Positions 60,891-64,000 of a stretch of DNA of 64,000 nt are shown piece after piece. A program made the position numbers and the translations under genes. Numbering within the stretch: position 1 is the stretch's first letter; each line of letters opens with the position of its first letter. The DNA comes from Lingula anatina (lineage: Eukaryota; Animalia; Brachiopoda). Below the pieces are notes generated by a model. The model saw only the letters and a program-made list of their open reading frames with translations, was not told where the DNA came from and ran no database searches. The stretch lies in NCBI GenBank assembly GCA_051362555.1, contig CM120640.1, positions 47,470,788-47,534,787 of the forward strand, given 5' to 3'.

Positions 60891-63800
60891 TTTGTTATAT
60901 TTACATCTGTATATTTTGGTGTTGGTTTTGATCATAAAATATTTAAAACAAATGCATACTGTTTGTTTTTATTCAGTAAGTAGGCTACTAGATGGCACCA
61001 ATACCACTGAAAGAGAGAGCTTGGTTGTCACAACCAAGCACAATCTGTTTATTCTGGAGCCTATGGCATTTTAAAACTGAACTCTCTGCTTCTTTACCTC
61101 CATCTCAGGTATCAGCTTAAAAGGTTAAAAATACTAGATAATGATAATTTAAGAGGTGAAGTAAATAGCTTGATGACAATTAATTTGAATAGATTTTGAC
61201 AAAATGACTATCCTCTTCGTTCACTCATCATGTAACAGGTACAAATTCAGCGATTTCGTAGAATTTATGAGACTGTTCATAATCAAGAATATGTTACTTG
61301 GCTCCATTCTTAATAGTATTTGACCTTTGCACAGACTATTCAGCATTTACGATAAAGATTTCACAAACGGCATCAACTGTCTGACCTTTGTAATTGGCCT
61401 TAAATTGATTGCAGACTGACCAGTGTTATTTGTACTTTAAAAAAGGTAAATGCTGATTTATAGGAATGCATGTTCTCAGGAGAGCTAATAGGGAGCAATG
61501 GCCTAGATTGCAACATGTTCCTGAGAGCTATTTACTTCATTAAGCATCAAGAATGAAGCAATTAATGCTGATACTTATAGGTACACAATTGAAAAAGTGA
61601 AAAGCATTGGATTGTCTTGCAAGTTGGAAATACATTGTGAACAGGATGTGTCTTCATAAAGATAATGCATAAAGATAATAAAGAAAGCACAATAGTTTGT
61701 CTATATGAGTCCTAAGTTCACTAAGCATTCTTGGTGCACTTAAAAAGTACAACTCTGAAAAGCATCTGGAGCATCTTGTTTGTTGGGAATACCATTTTGT
61801 TTAAGTTTTTTTCAGTGTAAATGGATAAGTTCAATAACATGAGGTGGTATACAAAGTCAAAATCACATGGTTAGTGCTAAAATGACAAAAGTGAAAACTG
61901 AGTTCCTAAATTTCTAAGCCCCTCTCACTCACTTAGGTTCAGTTGTATTGTTCATTTTTCAAGGAGTTTTTTTTTCCCTAAAAATTGGTAACTATGAGTG
62001 TTACCTCAGACAAATAACATTTTAAAAATAAATGACTAGTGACAGAGTATACCTAGCCCTCACAAAAACGGAATGTTCTTGTCAGTATGCTGAACCAATA
62101 ACAGACAAACACTTCTGTGCAGGTGCCACGATGTTGATTGACTAGTAAGACTTTTTGGTGGGATTGCTTTGTTTAATTGTTTTTTTAATTTGCATTTTTA
62201 AAAAATATTTCAAAATGGTAAATGATATAAATGGATAATGACATTCATATGGCTTGTTAATTATGCATACCCCTGGCCCTAATTTTAGGAACTGATTTTA
62301 TTCAAAATGGACATGTTTTGGACAGTTTTTCAATTGTTCAATATATCTTAAGATTGCTTAAAATAAATGCTTTAATAAGGGTTTATAACAATGGAAATGG
62401 TATATCTATCCTTCACTAAAATGTTCTTACCAATAAACATGATGTATGGAACCCTTAACCTCCACTTATATAAACTGCCCTAAGCCTACCAGCAGCCAAA
62501 CTTAACGTTGCATGAAATTCACAAATATTTCAAAGAAACTCATCTTTCAGACTGTCATAAAGCAAGAAGGTTGCTTTCTATCATATCTTTCATGTTCGCA
62601 AACAGCTGGATAGACTTTGAAGCCTATATGTGCTCCAGGTAAAATACATCAATCACCTCATTTTTTCTAGTACACCTGGAATCTTAAAACGATAAAAAAT
62701 TGTTACCACATTTCTGCTGTTATCTTTGCAGAAGTGCAGCATTGGCGCGCAATAAAGAACATGATTTTGGAACCTGACTTCAGGGGGCAAGAGATAATCG
62801 AATATTCCCCTGCAATATTCAAAGAACGCTTTGTTGGCATTACAGGTCGACAATGAATGATTTCCCAGGATATTTTTATTGTTCAGATTTTAAAAAAAAT
62901 CTTTAATTCTCCGTTGTTATTTTTTTATTTTATTTATTTATTATTGTATGTTTGTTCAAGCCAATGTCAAAATTTTTTCTACAGCTAAATTTGGGTACAA
63001 AATCTATTTCCTTCAGTTGTCAAGTATATTGAAACATATTCTGCATACTGGTTATTTCCCACCTACATCAATTCACTTTTCGGGAAAGGCGCAACTTAAA
63101 TTGTTCACCCATGTACCAAGCAAAGAAAGTGTACTGCCCTACGAAACCTATGGCTAGACTTCATTTCCCCATACTGACTGCACTAAATCACATTTTGTCA
63201 CCTGAAGGGCTGGTTCTTTGAAGCGTCTGTAGGAAGCAGCAAATAGTCACCATAAATCAATTGAATCGATGGCAAAGGTTTCAATGAGGTGCCAGTTGCG
63301 TTTACTTTTACTGCGGAAGCAAGGACACAGGCCTTGCTGTTTGAACGTCTCTTATGGTACGTTAATTCAGTAAAATCAAGTTCAAGATTTATAAATACTG
63401 CTCATGAATCTTGATTTATTCTATGTTTATGTTTAAGAGCATTAATGTGAAGCCATTTGTATCAATTCAACACTGCCTCTGGTTAACTCCATGAAAGTAA
63501 ACGGGCTACTGGGTTTGCGTAAGATCATTAAGTTGGCAAGGCGTGACTAAGATCAGCACTGTTTAAATATTGGATTGAAAAACCGGTGTGATCATTGATC
63601 TTTAAGGATACAGTTAAGGTCATGTTGATAAGAAACAGGCGATAATCAAATCGCTGTTTTAAAGGTGACTGATCAAAGGCGCGAGTCTAAGGTTTTCTGT
63701 GTTGACACGTGTATAAATAGGTTAAATTTTACATTTAATCTACATTTTTAAATCTAATTTAAACCTTTATTTTTTAAAGATCATTTACAATTTAAATCTG

Positions 63801-64000
63801 AAACAAAACCATAGAGATAGACATAAAAAAGATTGAAATCTCTACATAGCCTTGGGTAGAATTTTTTAAGGCTAAGGTTTATATTAGATTGTGATTATCC
63901 CATTTCTTACTTTTTTGTTTCAAATATCTAAAACAAATGTCCCAAAATCTAACAAAATTATTATAAAGGAATTATTCGTCCACCTTTTATTTAGAAAAGA

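Noticed and set aside
62653-63157. Short ORFs near the window end
   Set aside because: No recognisable domain or consistent splice-phase chain; treated as non-coding or decayed repeat.
63659-63989. Possible Kolobok-like ends (TTAAAGGTG ... CACCTTTTA)
   Set aside because: Only about 7-8 bp of inverted match, within chance for AT-rich DNA.

Overview
AT-rich, intron-rich animal genomic DNA, probably an invertebrate (the repeat types resemble those of molluscs/lophotrochozoans; this is inference). I reconstructed four protein-coding genes by reading GT-AG exons in phase. (1) The 3' part (39 exons) of ADGRV1/VLGR1 on + (2807-28298), with Calx-beta repeats, GPS, 7TM and the C-terminal ..IADTHL motif. 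(2) Fructose-1,6-bisphosphatase (FBP) on - (33347-38453). (3) FBXO33 on + (38857-43971), head-to-head with FBP. (4) Phenylalanine hydroxylase (PAH) on + (50279-59158). Several non-autonomous DNA transposons are present (IS3EU-like, Tc1/mariner-like, Harbinger-like, two Helentron-type HINEs), plus microsatellites. The most notable observation is that the single FBPase gene holds two separate pairs of tandemly duplicated, intact exons: two ATG-bearing exons encoding the AMP-allosteric N-terminus, and two 117-bp exons encoding active-site residues. Each has its own splice signals, and UGCAUG motifs sit at positions suggesting regulation. This points to isozymes made by mutually exclusive splicing instead of by gene duplication (vertebrate FBP1/FBP2). 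All homology calls come from recalled sequence knowledge, not database searches.
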